DNA of 64,000 nt from the NCBI GenBank assembly GCA_964188305.1, contig OZ076901.1; one strand, given 5' to 3'. Origin of the DNA: Podarcis bocagei. Its lineage: Eukaryota. Position 1 is the stretch's first letter, and the number at the start of each line of letters is the position of its first letter. Positions 24,983 to 36,747 of this stretch are shown piece by piece. Below the pieces are notes generated by a model that did no database searches, was not told the DNA's origin, and was given only the letters and a program-made list of their open reading frames with translations. The position numbers were made by a program, and so were the translations under genes.

Positions 24983-27900
24983 CTTTTTTGGGGGGGAGCA
25001 GAGTTAAGGTGATCATTGTGCCAAGGAATGCATTTTGTCCAGGGAGCGTGCCCTGAGTGGTCCTTCCCACTCCCTCCCCGTGGCCCCTTGCAAGGCTACT
25101 GGACCTCAGTGTCCACGCCTGGAGGAAATATAGAATTGGAAGGGATCCCCCAAAGGCCATCTAGACCAACCCCCTGCAATGCAGGAGTTGCAGCTGAAGA
25201 TGCCCTGCCAGATGGCGACCCAACCTCTGCTTAAAAACCTCCAGCCGCATAAACATTCATGGCTTTGATATTCAGGCGCATCCACCCCTCTCTCCTTCCT
25301 CCATGCAGGCAAGCAAAGAGGCATGGCCAGTTCAGGGACACGTTTCCAGCCAGGCAGAAACTCTCAAGGGAGGGCGTGAAGGAGGGCCAGAGAGGGGTGT
25401 GGCCTGAGGAGAGGAGGTGTGGCAAGGGAAGGGATGAGAGGTCTGAAGGTCAGAGGTTCCCCATCTTGCCCTGAAGCTACCCACGTCCTCCCTTCCCCTG
25501 GACAGGCAGCCATGCTTTCAAAAGCTCTAGGATGAGCAGAAATCCAACCGGTGCAGATACTCAATCACAGAAGGGCCCTTTTTGATTCAGAAGGATTTTA
25601 GGAACTAGATACATGGGGTGGGGAGGGGCAGATCAATGGGGTGGCCAGCATCTCCCACCCTTTCTTCCTTCACCTCAAAGAGAGTGTAAAGCAGGGCTGG
25701 TGAACGGTGTGGCTTGGGGAGAATCGTGGGGGGCCGGCAGAGAGCTTGGAGGGGGCCGCATTCAGCCCCCAAGGGTCTGAGGTTCCCCAACCCAATCCAT
25801 GAAGATTTGGATTTTTAATATGAGCAGAGCATAGGGGAGGGGAGAAGGGGAAAGGAACATGTCAGAACCCTGTCCCAAGATCATTAGTCATCAAAGAGGG
25901 GAAGGAAAAGTCCCCAACTGCTGAGATTAAGGAGAGACATGTGGCTTTAACCGCTTAACAGCTTATTAGTGGGACTGCAACTGTTTTTTTGTCGTCAGAA
26001 TAAAAGAAAAGGGGGGAGCAATAATGAGAAGGGGGGGTGAGGAAGCTTAATGCTCACAATTATGCAGAATCCTAGTATTTAATCTTCCTAAATGACTGGC
26101 TTAGTTTGTGATACAGAGGGAGCTTAGCTGCTTTAGATAATTGTTTAGAGACCATAACAACTAACCGAGGGGGGGTGGGGGGAGAAGGAGGGAGGGAGAG
26201 AAAGTAACATAGCATATACTGAACATACGCAGGCCAGGGAATCAGGGTGCAAAAAAGAAAAAAGGAAATGTGCCCCTGTGGTTTACTTCCAGTGCAAGGG
26301 AAAAGCATTATAAACACCCCTAATAGACAGGCCTTCCCCCAGAGGGAAGAGAAACAGTGCCCTTATGAAGGGGACAGGAAAGATGCCATTAGACTACAAC
26401 ACCCATCATGCTCTGCCACCAGCCATGCCGGGGATATGGGGAGTTGGGAGTCAAACGTCTGTGGGACCACAGGTGTCCCTGTGCTTGATGCACAAAGAAG
26501 GATTCTTCCAACTCCTCCTCCTTAAACGGGGGTGGGGAGCGGCTATGGCCTTCCGGATATTGCGGTACTACAACTCCCATCATGCCCTGCCACCTGCCAC
26601 AATGGGGCTGCTGGGAGCTGGAGGCCAATGATGTCCAGAGGGCCACCTGTCTCTCTCCATCCCTGCCTTCCAAGATTCCCTTGCATGTCACGCAGCAAGG
26701 AAGCAGGGCTTGGGGAATCAAATAAAAACCTTTCCCTGCTGATCAGCAGCACTGAAAAAGGCTGCACCTTCTGGAGGTCTTGTACCTCCTTCCCCAATAA
26801 TCTTTTAAGGGCGATGCTAATAGCCAACCTCGCTTTGTTTGTGCCCGATGCTGGAGGGGAGGGAGGGGGGAACGAAGGAACGGGGGAAAGAAAAAAAGAA
26901 GCCTGAATGAAATTTACGGTTCATCAAGCTGCGCATCTTTGGGAATGTGATCTGTCTAATCAAATGAGGCTTCATGCCTTTTCTTTGGGCTCATGCAAGG
27001 GAGGCAGGAGGGGGCAAAAGCTTTGTTCTTAGGCTTGGGGAGCGAAGAGGAATGAGGAGGAGAACGAGTCGGGGTGGGTGGGGAGACACACAGACCAGGA
27101 CAGGAACGAGAGCAGCCTGGGGGGATGCGCTGCCGTTGCAGCAATCTTCCGGTTGGTTGCAGGAAAGGGAGGGAGAGGAAGATGGAAGAAACCCCTGCAG
27201 AAGACTCTGCCAACCTTGCCCCCCCCCCAGGACTTGGGCAGCTGGGGCTGATGGGAGTTGGGGTCCAAAACATGGTCACTTCATCAGGGGATGATGGGGA
27301 CTGGAGTCCAAAATACGGCTGTTCCAGGTAGGGCTGATGGGGGTTGTAGTCTAAAACACGGCTGTGCTGACAGAGGCTGATCGTAGAATCATGGAAGGAA
27401 CCACAAGGCTCACCCAGCCCAACCTCCTGCAATGCAGGAATCTTCTGCCCAACGCAGGACTCGAACCCACGACCCTGAGATTAATAGTTCCGTGGTCTAC
27501 CATGGGAGCTTGCAAAGGCTGACCTAAGCAATTTCCTTTGGTGTTTGTCGGAAAAGTTTGCTTGTCCTTTAGAATGCTTCCTCCAAAGGGGGGGCAGGTG
27601 TCAAATTCTCACGACCCCCGTGGAGATGGGTTGGAGAGAGTGGGGATCTGGAGCAAGACGAATTGGCAGAGGGGCAGGCGGAGTCTGAGCGGGATGAGAG
27701 AGGGGCGAAATCGGGGCAGTGCCAGTCATCAAGAGGAGCTTGACCCCGGGGAAGGTTCAAGCGGGGGTCAGAGAGGTGTCTCCCACACCCTGTGATACTG
27801 GACACCTCTAGCCTAGTCTACCCACCCTGTTGCCGTCAGCCCTTTCTGCGAGTAAGCAGCCTCCTTGAGAGCAAGTTGGATAATGAGGTGACGCCTCCAT

Positions 27901-28354
27901 CTCAAGGACATGGGGATGCCAAAGCCATGATGAACGAACCTCACATGCCCAGCCCAGGAGTCACCATTTGCTTGCCCAGAGCAAAGGTGCCTGTTCTATG
28001 CCATGCTCAGGCTGGTGCCCGCCCCGCAGGGGTGGCGTGCAACTTGTTGGATCAATGTCTTGCCTCAAACTTTGCCACCCAGTTCCCCTTCTGTGCCTTT
28101 AACCCTTGCCTGGGGCACTGCTCAGATTCATGTGTTAAATAATCTGGCAGGAACAGAAACCCAAGTTTGAGTTATTTCACCCGGCAGAACAAGAGTCTTG
28201 CTACGTGCAAGTAAGATTCGCACTCCGGAGCAGGTCCAAGGCGAAGTTTAGCTAGAGGAAGATTGCACCCAACCTGCCCAGCCGCAGTGAATTGCAACGT
28301 GCAGATTTCAGTGGGGACGTTTGAAAGCAGAACCGGCTTTCTATGAAAGGATAC
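24983..28354 (-). other. GOSR1: U12-type (minor spliceosome) GT-AG intron, last intron of GOSR1
   Basis: 5' site GTATCCTTT (28354-28346); branch site CCTTAAC (25009-25003); purine-rich AAAAAAG 3' end. Confidence 0.92.
26390..27362. repeat. Clusters of a small palindromic repeat (GACTACAACTCCCATC / GATGGGAGTTGTAGTC)
   Basis: Multiple half and whole units at about 26390-26650 and 27240-27362; same family at about 23310, 44815, 49140, 56950, 58910 and 59550. Confidence 0.6.
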
Positions 28355-28437
28355 TGGCCAAAGTGTTCATCTTGCTCTGTATGGACTTCATCATCCCTCG
28401 TTGAGAGGTCATGTTTTCTTTCGTTGCCATGGCAATG
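28355..28437 (-). CDS. GOSR1: GOSR1 exon, 83 nt (probably exon 8)
   Basis: (S)IAMATKENMTSQRGMMKSIQSKMNTLA(N); TTCCAG acceptor; donor A|GTATCCTTT (U12 type). Confidence 0.96.
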
Positions 28438-29136
28438 CTGGAAAGGAGGTGGGTGAGCAGAGAGAGAGAGAGAGAGAAAAGGAAAGAAAGGTAATGTCAC
28501 TGGTACCCCAAATAACTTGCAATCTGACATAACAAAAAGCTGCCACATATATATGTATGGATGCAAGTGGAAGCATGTTGACAAGTACAAGCTGAATACG
28601 GTTTCAACCATCATGGTTTCCCGCTCCCCAAAGAATTCTGGGAGTTGTCATTTGATGAGGGTGCATAGGAAATGCCTCTGCTAGAGATCCCAAGGCCCCA
28701 CTCGGATCCCAGGATTCCCTAAACAGAGGGGATAGCTGTTAAAACCAGCAGAAGGCCCCACAGCAGGTACCGTCTCGTGTTTAAAGCTCCATGAAGGTGT
28801 TTCTTCTTCAAAGTTGGAAGCGGTCTAAAGTCAAGAGGAGGGACCACAGAGGGCGAAGAGAAGACCATAAGCGACTCAAAACCTAGAATGTTTTAAGGAT
28901 GCAAGCAAGCAAGTGAAAGCAAGCAAGCAGGGGGCGGCCGCAACAGGGAAGGAGAGAGGCGGTGGCAGCTGGGGATGATGACAGTGAGAAGGCACTTTGC
29001 TGAGTGACAGGGAGTTGTGCATGAGGGTGTCAGAGCCAGCCCTGGTTGCTGTGGGGAGAGGTCGCATGAAGCACACCTTGCGGACAGGCTGGGCAACAGA
29101 AAAGCTAATCAGGAGCGGAGAGGAAGATACAAACAC

Positions 29137-31230
29137 AGGAAGCTGCCTTATACTGAGCCAGACCATTGGCCTATCCCACCCAGGGTTGTCTGCACTGGCT
29201 GGCAGCACCTCTCCATGCTTTCAGGCAGGGAGTCTTTCCCGCCAGCCCTACCTGGAGATGCCGCTGGGGTTTGAACCCGGGCCCTACAGGGATGGGGAGG
29301 CTTCACTTTGCTGAATCCTGCTCTCTTTTATTTCTTGAGGTTTGCTTCATTTCGGAAGTGTTTAGCCGTGTTAAGATGCGGCCTTTAAGTTGGGGCAAAC
29401 CCCAAGGCAGGTGTATAGGAGGTTGTTGGGTTTTTGTAAGTGTTTTTAAAAATGGGAATCTCTGTATACGCAGCACGGCAGATTGGTGTTTGTTTCCACA
29501 GCTACCCAGGCCCAAGGGGAAAGAGAGGCAACCCGCCGGCACTTCTGGGAGCCCTCTTCTGAAGATCAGGCGAGCAGGGGACGGAGGCAGGAAAACAAAG
29601 AAGCAGAAAGTCTTCTCCTTCTGTGGTATGGCAAAGAAAGGGATTCAAAAGGGGACCCTCAAAGCTGGAGGAGCTGCCAGCAAATGCGCAGGAAGCAGAA
29701 GCAAAAGGGGTGAAAATGAAAATGGGAGACAGGAAGGAAGTTCTGCAACGCAGGGAGCAAGAGGGAGAAAGAGAGGTTTGCCATGCTGCTCCGTAACAGT
29801 GGAAAGCGCATTTCCTGGGTGGATTTGTTGCTAAGAGAGTATCAGGTCCAAAAAGCTGCCTCATCCCAAGTCAGACTCATTCGTCCATCTAGCTCAGTAT
29901 TGTCTACACTTGACTTAAAGAGGCTCTCCAGTGTTTCAGGCAGAGGATCTTTCCGGTCCTGCTCAAAGGCGATCGAATCTGGGGCCTTCCGTGTGCAAAG
30001 CAGATGCTCTATGCTGCTGAGCTATGGTCCTTCAAATGCAAAAGGAGAGCTTTATGTGTTCCACCTAGCACTGTCTGCACTGACTGGCAGTGTCTGCCCA
30101 GGGTTTCAGGCCTGGTCTCCCCAGCCTTAGCTGGGTGTTTCTGCATGCAAGGCAGCTGCTCAGCCACGGAGCTATGGCCCGACTTAGAAAGTCAGAGAAA
30201 CTTTGCACTGCCGTGAAATAAAGAACCATAATTGGCTTTACGTAATTGGTGAATGACAGCAAGTGATTTATGCGATTGGCTAATGAAAACCTCCACTCAG
30301 ACAATAACACGTCCCGGCCTAAGTGTCCGCCTTCTTTACGTAAGAGCACCAGAAGAGCTTGGCTGCTGGATCAGACCATGCAACTGCATGCTCCCTGTTT
30401 ATGAGTCGCAGACTGAGATACAGCAGAATACTGCCTCTGGCAGAGAGGGAGCGCAGCCATCATAGTCAGTAGCCATTCATAGCCTGATCCACCATGAATT
30501 CCCCCCCAAACCCCCTTTTAAAACTGTCCAACCTGCTTGTCATCACCTCTTGTGGCAGTGAGTTCCACAGTTTACCCATGCACTATGTGACCAAGTCCTT
30601 CCTTCGTCTCCCTTGAATCTCCCAGCATTCAGTTTCAATGGGTGACTTTCTGGGGTTCTAGTACTGTGAGGGGGGAGGGAGGAATTCTCCCTACCTACTT
30701 TCTCTGTGGAGGAAAAAATTATTCAGCTTCCCTAAGTATCTTTTCGACCTGAGCAGTAAAGGAACCCACCTCATAAGGTTTTCCTTTCACGAGAAATCCA
30801 GAGCATTACCTTTTTTGCCTCTCAGTTTGTACTCTGAGAATACAAATAATAAAGGTTTGTTCTGCTGGCCAACATGGATTTGCGGCAGCCCACCTAATGG
30901 AATATTCAAAAAGCCCCAGAACTGAGCACAGTTCTTGCCAGGGAGACGTGGTGTGACATTTCTGTATTTATAGGTAAAACATAAACATTCATCAAGGTGA
31001 GAGCATATGACTAGACTAAATTATTTGCATCCCTAAAGAAGAAAATTCACTGCTTCTGACTTTTGCAGATGGAGTATAGAATCACAGGAAGCTGCCTTAT
31101 ACTGAGTGAAATTACTGGGTCCATCTAGCTCAGAGTTGTCTACACTGGCTGGCAGCAGCTCTCCAGGCAGGAGATAGTTTAAACTTGGCAGATGCTGGGG
31201 ACTGAACCTGGAAAGATATGGCCCTTTTCC
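29137..31230 (-). mobile_element. Scattered tRNA-Ala-derived SINE copies (about 29137-29290, 29855-30180, 31085-31230) plus a CR1-type fragment (about 30345-30700)
   Basis: Recurring GGAAGCTGCCTTATACTGAG...CTAGCTCAG...CTGGCAGCAGCTCTCC motif. Confidence 0.7.
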
Positions 31231-31954
31231 AAGAGAGGGGCAGGTGGGTGTGAAGAAACCAGCCTACTGAAGAATTGCAAGATTTGCATCTGTTGCTCCA
31301 CCCACTTCCACGTCTAGCCCCGCCCACCACAGGCATGTGGCCCTCAGATGGTTGCCCCGGACAGAATGTGGCCCTCAGCTGGAAAGGGTTTCCCTGGGCA
31401 AGGGAGCTGCCGTTTTCTGCCCAAGAAATGCATAATTGTTTTTGTCCAGAACCACGATCCTTACCCTGGGCAACTGAGCGGCCCCCAATCTGCGCAGGGC
31501 TGGGTTTGGGGACTTGCAGAGGCAACCCAATCGACCCACAACGACGCCCTTCCAGCCAGCCGTGCGGGTGAGAGGGCCCCGAGCCAAGCGCTAATGTTAA
31601 ATACATCTCAGGCTCGCTCGCTGCAAAGGCCGCCGCAAGCGCTCCCCTCGCTTCAGCTGGCGTGGGGGGGGGGGGAAGGCTGCCAGATGCTTTTCTGTTG
31701 CATTAAAAAGGAGAGAGAGGGAAAGGGGGGGACACCATTAAGGAAGAGAAGCTTGAAAGGAACCTTTTCCGACAGCTGCTTAAAAACCTCCGGTGAGATG
31801 CTTGGAGCAGCAGAACCGCCTTCTCCAGCACCAACCTTGCAAAACGGTTTCAGAGCAGCAGAAAGGGGCTGTGTTTTTTGCTGGGGGAGGCAGTGGGAGG
31901 GGGAAGGGGCGAAGTCCAAGGGCCAGTGAGTGAGTACCAGCACAGAGCCCCTGC

Positions 31955-32550
31955 TTGGCCTGTTAGGCTGCGTCCACAGAAGCAAAGTGCTCCAATCAAG
32001 GGAAGTCATAGTCCCACTCTGTTCTGCCTTGGTCAAACCACACCTGGAGTACGGATTCCAGTTCTGCCTACCACAATTAAGAAGGATGTTGACAGGCTGG
32101 AAGGCGGGCAGAGGAGGGCAACCAGGATGGCCATGGGCCTGGAAACCAAGCCTGATGAGGAACGGTTGAGGGAGTTGGGGATGTTTAGCCTGGGAAAGTG
32201 GAGACTGAGAGGAGATATGGGAGCCATCTTCCAATATCTGAAGGACTCACATGGAGGATGGGGCAAGCTTGGTTTCTCCACTCTGGAGGGTAGGACTTGA
32301 ACCAGTGGCTTCAAGTTATGAGAAAGGAGATTGCAACTAATCGTCAGGAAGAACTTTATGACAGTTAGAGCTGTTCGACAGTGGAACGGTCTCCCTTGGG
32401 AGGCGGCGGACTCTCCTTCCTTGGAAGTGTTTAAGCGGAGGTCAGATGGCCACCTCTCTTGGATGCTTTAACTGAGATTTCTGCATTGCAGGGGGCTGGA
32501 CTGGATGACCTTGGGGTTCCTTCCAACTCTACAATTCTACGATTCTATAA
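31955..32550 (+). mobile_element. CR1 LINE 3' fragment
   Basis: [19 protein letters not shown]...QRRATRM...[11 protein letters not shown]...RLRGDM; ATTCTAC tail. Confidence 0.9.
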
Positions 32551-32683
32551 TCCTCAGTGGCACTTCCTGGCAATGTCCCTCCTGGCTGGCAATGTCCCTC
32601 CTGCCTGACATGCTAGTGTTACGCACTAAACCTTCCACACCTGCATTTGACCATGAAATACCTCTGTTTGTGTGTGCAGTAGA

Positions 32684-33130
32684 AACTGGTTTGGGAGCTG
32701 CACAGTCAGGGGAAAAACAATGCTAACCAGGGTTGTAAAGACTGCGGAGATAATAACTAGGTGCACTCTTCCCGCCTTGGATCAAATCTATGCTTCCAGG
32801 TGTCATAAGAAAGCTGCAGAGATGGCACAGGATAGTGCGCACCACGGAAATGATCTCTTTCAGCTTCTGCAGGGTACAGGGTTATAAAGACTAGGACTAG
32901 CTGCCTGAGAAACAGTTTTTATCCAAATGCGATTTTGGTTTTAAACGCAGTGTAAGGTAGTCTCTATGGGAGTATATTGTATTTAATTATGGGGTATCAA
33001 GAGTTTTTAGAGGGCTAAACAGGCTGGGATAGCAGGCTTGTTGGTTTCTGAATGTCTGATGTAGATTTTTTCAATTTCGTTGTTCTGTATGGGACAATGA
33101 CAATAAAGATTATCGTATCGTAGCGTAGCT
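32684..33130 (+). mobile_element. Rex1/Babar-clade LINE 3' end
   Basis: WFGSCT...RVVKTAEII...LPALDQIYASRC...LFQLL...RNSFYPNAI; GACAATAAAG + (TATCG)n-like tail. Confidence 0.75.
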
Positions 33131-34004
33131 ACTGAGGGCAACTGGGGCACTGCCCCACCAAGGTGATTCTTCTTGCCTTCAGCCAGCCCCACACCGGACT
33201 GCCTCTTTACTCAAACCAGCCCCCTGGGGCTGACCTTGCCCACCAGCTCCCTCCTCTTCCTCCTCTGTGTTGCCCCTTGTTACCTCTGGCCCAGCCCATT
33301 GCTGGCATCCCTGCCTTCCGTCCCACCAGTCTCAATGGCACCAGTCACTGCTGAATATGACTAGGGGCTGGGGAGAGAGTTGAACCACTCGGGCTGTTGC
33401 CCAGAGCTAACAGAATTCTCTCACTAGGTCACTCTGCTAAATGCCACACCCTGGTACATCCTTCTTCAATTTTCAGAAGGAGGTTTAATGTAATCTGAAG
33501 AGCTGAGAGAGATCATCCCCCCCAACCCCAATTTTCTCAGGGTTTGCAGCTAAACAAACGGAGCCACAACGAAGAGTGCCCCTCCCCTCAAAAATCCCCC
33601 AGCAGTCATAAAACTCTGGAGGAGGCAGCAAGGAGCCTTTCTTGATGATGGCGCACAGGAATTTCTGCTTCATTTAGGTGGTGCATGGAGCGTAGCCGGT
33701 CATTCGTTTTACTTCATTTCAGGGAAAGCTGACATAACAAAGGGGAAGGGAGGAAGGAGGGAGGGAGGGGAGAATGAGGACATGGTTTTGCAAGAGAAAG
33801 CACTTCCAAAACTGCTCTTTTCCATGGAGTTGGCAATGCAAGAGAAAAGTGAGGGAGGGAAGGAAGGAAGGGGAAATTTTTGTTTAGGATGCTGGAGCTG
33901 AATTTCACATGTGCAAAAATTTAAAATTAAATTTATCTCACTAGGACAGATTAAGGGGTCATCTCCCCCAAATTCCTGCAAGCCAACAGATCTCAGAGGA
34001 ACAG

Positions 34005-34862
34005 GTGAAGCTTCCTCATACAGTCAGCTCATCGGTCCTTCTAAGCCCAGTGGTGTCCACCCTGAAAGGGAACGGCTCCTCAAGGTTTCAGGAAGGGAGT
34101 CTTAACAAGCTCTACCTGTCAGGGATTGAACCCAGGAGGTTCTGTGTCCACAGCACACAGCACAGTCAACCACTGAACTGTGGGTCTTGCACTAAAAGCA
34201 AAACAAAGTTCAAATCCTCATGGTTCTAAATTAATGGCTGCCTTATACTAAGCCAGACCTTCAGCATATCTAAGCTCAGTATTGTCCGCGTTGACTGGCA
34301 GCAGTTCTCCAGGACCTCAGACAACATTCCCAGCTCTACCTCTGCAAAGCAGGGTCTGTGTACCACTAAACTATGCTCCTTTCCCTAAAAATAAGCTAAG
34401 ATTCCAGTCCTCATGATTCTAAAGAAAGGGATGGTTTAAACAGGGACACAGGAAGCTGCCTTATCCTGCGTCAGATCACTGGCCCATGTAGCTCAGTACA
34501 GTGGTATCTCTGGATGCGAACGGGATCCGTTCCAGAGCCCCATTCGCATCCTGAACGCAACCCATGTCCGTGCGTCTGCATGTGTCACGATTTGCCGCTT
34601 CCGTGCATGCGCGTGACGTCATTTTGAGCGTCTGCGCATGCATGAGTGGCGAAACCTGGAAGTAACGCGTTCTGTTACTTCTGGGTTGCCGCGAAGTGCA
34701 ACCCGAAAAGGCTTAACCTGAAGCGACTTCAACCCGAGGTATGACCGTCTTGTCTACACAGACTGGCAGCAGCTCTGTAGGATTTCTGGCGTTCCAGATG
34801 CCATCAGGGACTGAACCTGAGACCTTCGCCATGCCAAGTTCTTACCACTGAGCTATGGCCCT
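34005..34862 (-). mobile_element. Three tandem tRNA-Ala-derived SINE units, one interrupted by a MITE
   Basis: Three head-to-tail units with linkers at about 34195-34235 and 34395-34440. Confidence 0.7.
34499..34747. mobile_element. Tc1/mariner MITE nested in a SINE
   Basis: TA-CAGTGGTATCTC...GAGGTATGACCG; splits GCTCAGTA|TTGTCTACAC of the host SINE. Confidence 0.75.
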
Positions 34863-35540
34863 TCTCTAAGGGCTCTGTCGCAAATCTCCTCGGGACCTGT
34901 GGAAGACCCCTGGGGCAGATCTCCAATCTCCTCCTGCTCTCCACTCCCCAGATTACCACCCGCCTTAAGCAGATGATGGAAATACACCAGGAAGCCAGCC
35001 ACGCTCCAGTCACCCAAGCAGCCGTAACTCAACGCCGCTCAGGCTCTGCATTGCCTCACGTGCTCCCACTGGGTGATGACAGACAAGGAGCTAATTAAGA
35101 GACGGGCGAATTCCTAGTGGGTACAATTCCCTCAAGCAACAGCAGCAGCAGCCGCGCTACCACCAATTAATCAGATACACAAATGTTTGCAATTACAGTG
35201 AAGAAAACTGGGGGGCGGGGGGAGGGAGAGAAGAGAACGAAAACATGGGCTTTGTTCTCACAGGGTGTTTTGCAGAAGCCACACCTGAAACGAGGACATG
35301 AAAGTTTCCCTCCCTCTCTCTCATCCAATGAAGCTGAATGTTGGAAAATTCAGGACAGGTTAAAAAAAAAGCCCTTCTTCACGGAGCATGGAGTTAAACT
35401 GTGGAACTCACTGCCACAGGAGGCAGTGATGGCCATGAAAGACGACTGCACAAATTCACAGAGGGAGAGGGCTATCAATGGCTATGAGCTACGATGGCTA
35501 TGCACTGCCTTCACAATTGGAGGCAGCCATGCTGCTATAT

Positions 35541-35542
<2 letters not shown>

Positions 35543-35586
<44 letters not shown>
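35543..35586. repeat. (GT)n microsatellite
   Basis: Direct observation. Confidence 0.95.
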
Positions 35587-35589
<3 letters not shown>

Positions 35590-36538
35590 GCAAGTAGGCT
35601 GCAAATTGAAAAGGCAACGAAAACTCAAAACAGAAGGTGATAGTCTGAGTAAAGAGGGGAGCTACTTCTCACAACTTTGCAAACACCTCTGCTCCTCATT
35701 GGCAGCTGCTGCTAATCTATATTTAAAACACCCTCAAATTGCCTTTCGGCTGCCCAGCAGTGCTGAAGGCGTCACGTGACGTGACACTGTGCATTTATAA
35801 GATAATAAATGAACGTTCAGAAATAAAACAGGAGGTCTGAAGAACAGAGTCCAGAATGAAGAGCTTTGGAAAACGAACGCTGGCTTTGCATCCCCCCCAA
35901 GGAGAGCAGTGAAGTCAACTTGTCAAAGGAACAAGGACTCAAAGGTCATTTAGTCCAACCCCCTAACAATGTTTATTTTGTTGAACTACGTCAATGTGGC
36001 TTTTTAAAGAAAAGTTATGACTAAAAGTGTCAAGTGGCTGGTGGCAGTATTTAATTTTTCCTTTTTTATTTTGATACGTCAGTGACTTAGAAAAGATCTA
36101 CAAAGCGTTCCACTATCCTGGTTATTGTGGGGGCAAATGTCTTCTTTTTGTGGGGAATGGGAGAGATAGTCAAACAGCGGCTCTTAGGCAATTAAGTACT
36201 TGGGAAAGTAGCTTAATAGCATGAGGTCTCATTGCTGTATAGGATCCTGGATGACACAGTCATAGGTATGACTATTACCCTAAAATCCCAGTGGAAAAAT
36301 TACTCCAGTTGTATAAGAAATTTAGTGGGCCGCTATATGGATTAGAGAACTATCTCCATCGATCTTTGCACCCACCAGAAGTGAGATGGCTGGCATTAGG
36401 ACCCCTCAGAAATTTTATAGAGGCTAAACTCTGAAGCAGGGAGGGGTGAGCTTTGCAAGTCTGATTGTACAAGCAGGAAAGTGCAAAATGCATGAGCTTA
36501 GAAACAAGATGGGTATGAGGTGGTAGGCTGCGTCTTAC

Positions 36539-36568
36539 CTTATTGTCTCTTCTACCAGCCGGTCAGAG
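36539..36568 (-). CDS. GOSR1: GOSR1 30-nt micro-exon (probably exon 7)
   Basis: (N)SDRLVEETI(S); long C/T tract + TTTCAG acceptor, AG|GTAAGA donor; exactly fills the gap in the SNARE motif. Confidence 0.93.
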
Positions 36569-36671
36569 CTGAAACAAAAAAAAAAAAGGGGGGGGGAGAC
36601 ATTTAAAAGAAATAGAATTTTATACATCACAATTTCTATACAGTAGAAATATATATTATATAAAATAAATG

Positions 36672-36747
36672 TCCAGTAGCACCTTAGAGACCAACTAAGT
36701 TTGTTCTTGGTATGAGCTTTCGTGTGCATGCACACTTCTTCAGATAC
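36672..36747 (-). mobile_element. Penelope-like element terminal-repeat fragment
   Basis: Hammerhead core followed by ...TTAGTTGGTCTCTAAGGTGCTACTGGAC, a typical reptile Penelope end. Confidence 0.65.
36710..36747 (-). ncRNA. Minimal type-I hammerhead ribozyme motif (Penelope-derived)
   Basis: Minus strand GTAT-CTGAAGA-A-GTGTG-CATG-CACAC-GAAA-GC-TC-ATAC: stem I GTAT/ATAC, core CUGANGA and GAAA, stem II, UC cleavage site. Confidence 0.75.

Noticed and set aside
24983-25160. N-terminal part of ORF 24858..25160 as coding
   Set aside because: Intronic; GOSR1 homology starts only at the acceptor at 24982.
27240-27362. Repeat-spacer-like pattern resembling a CRISPR array
   Set aside because: Eukaryotic context; the units are degenerate halves of a common palindromic interspersed repeat, with no cas genes.
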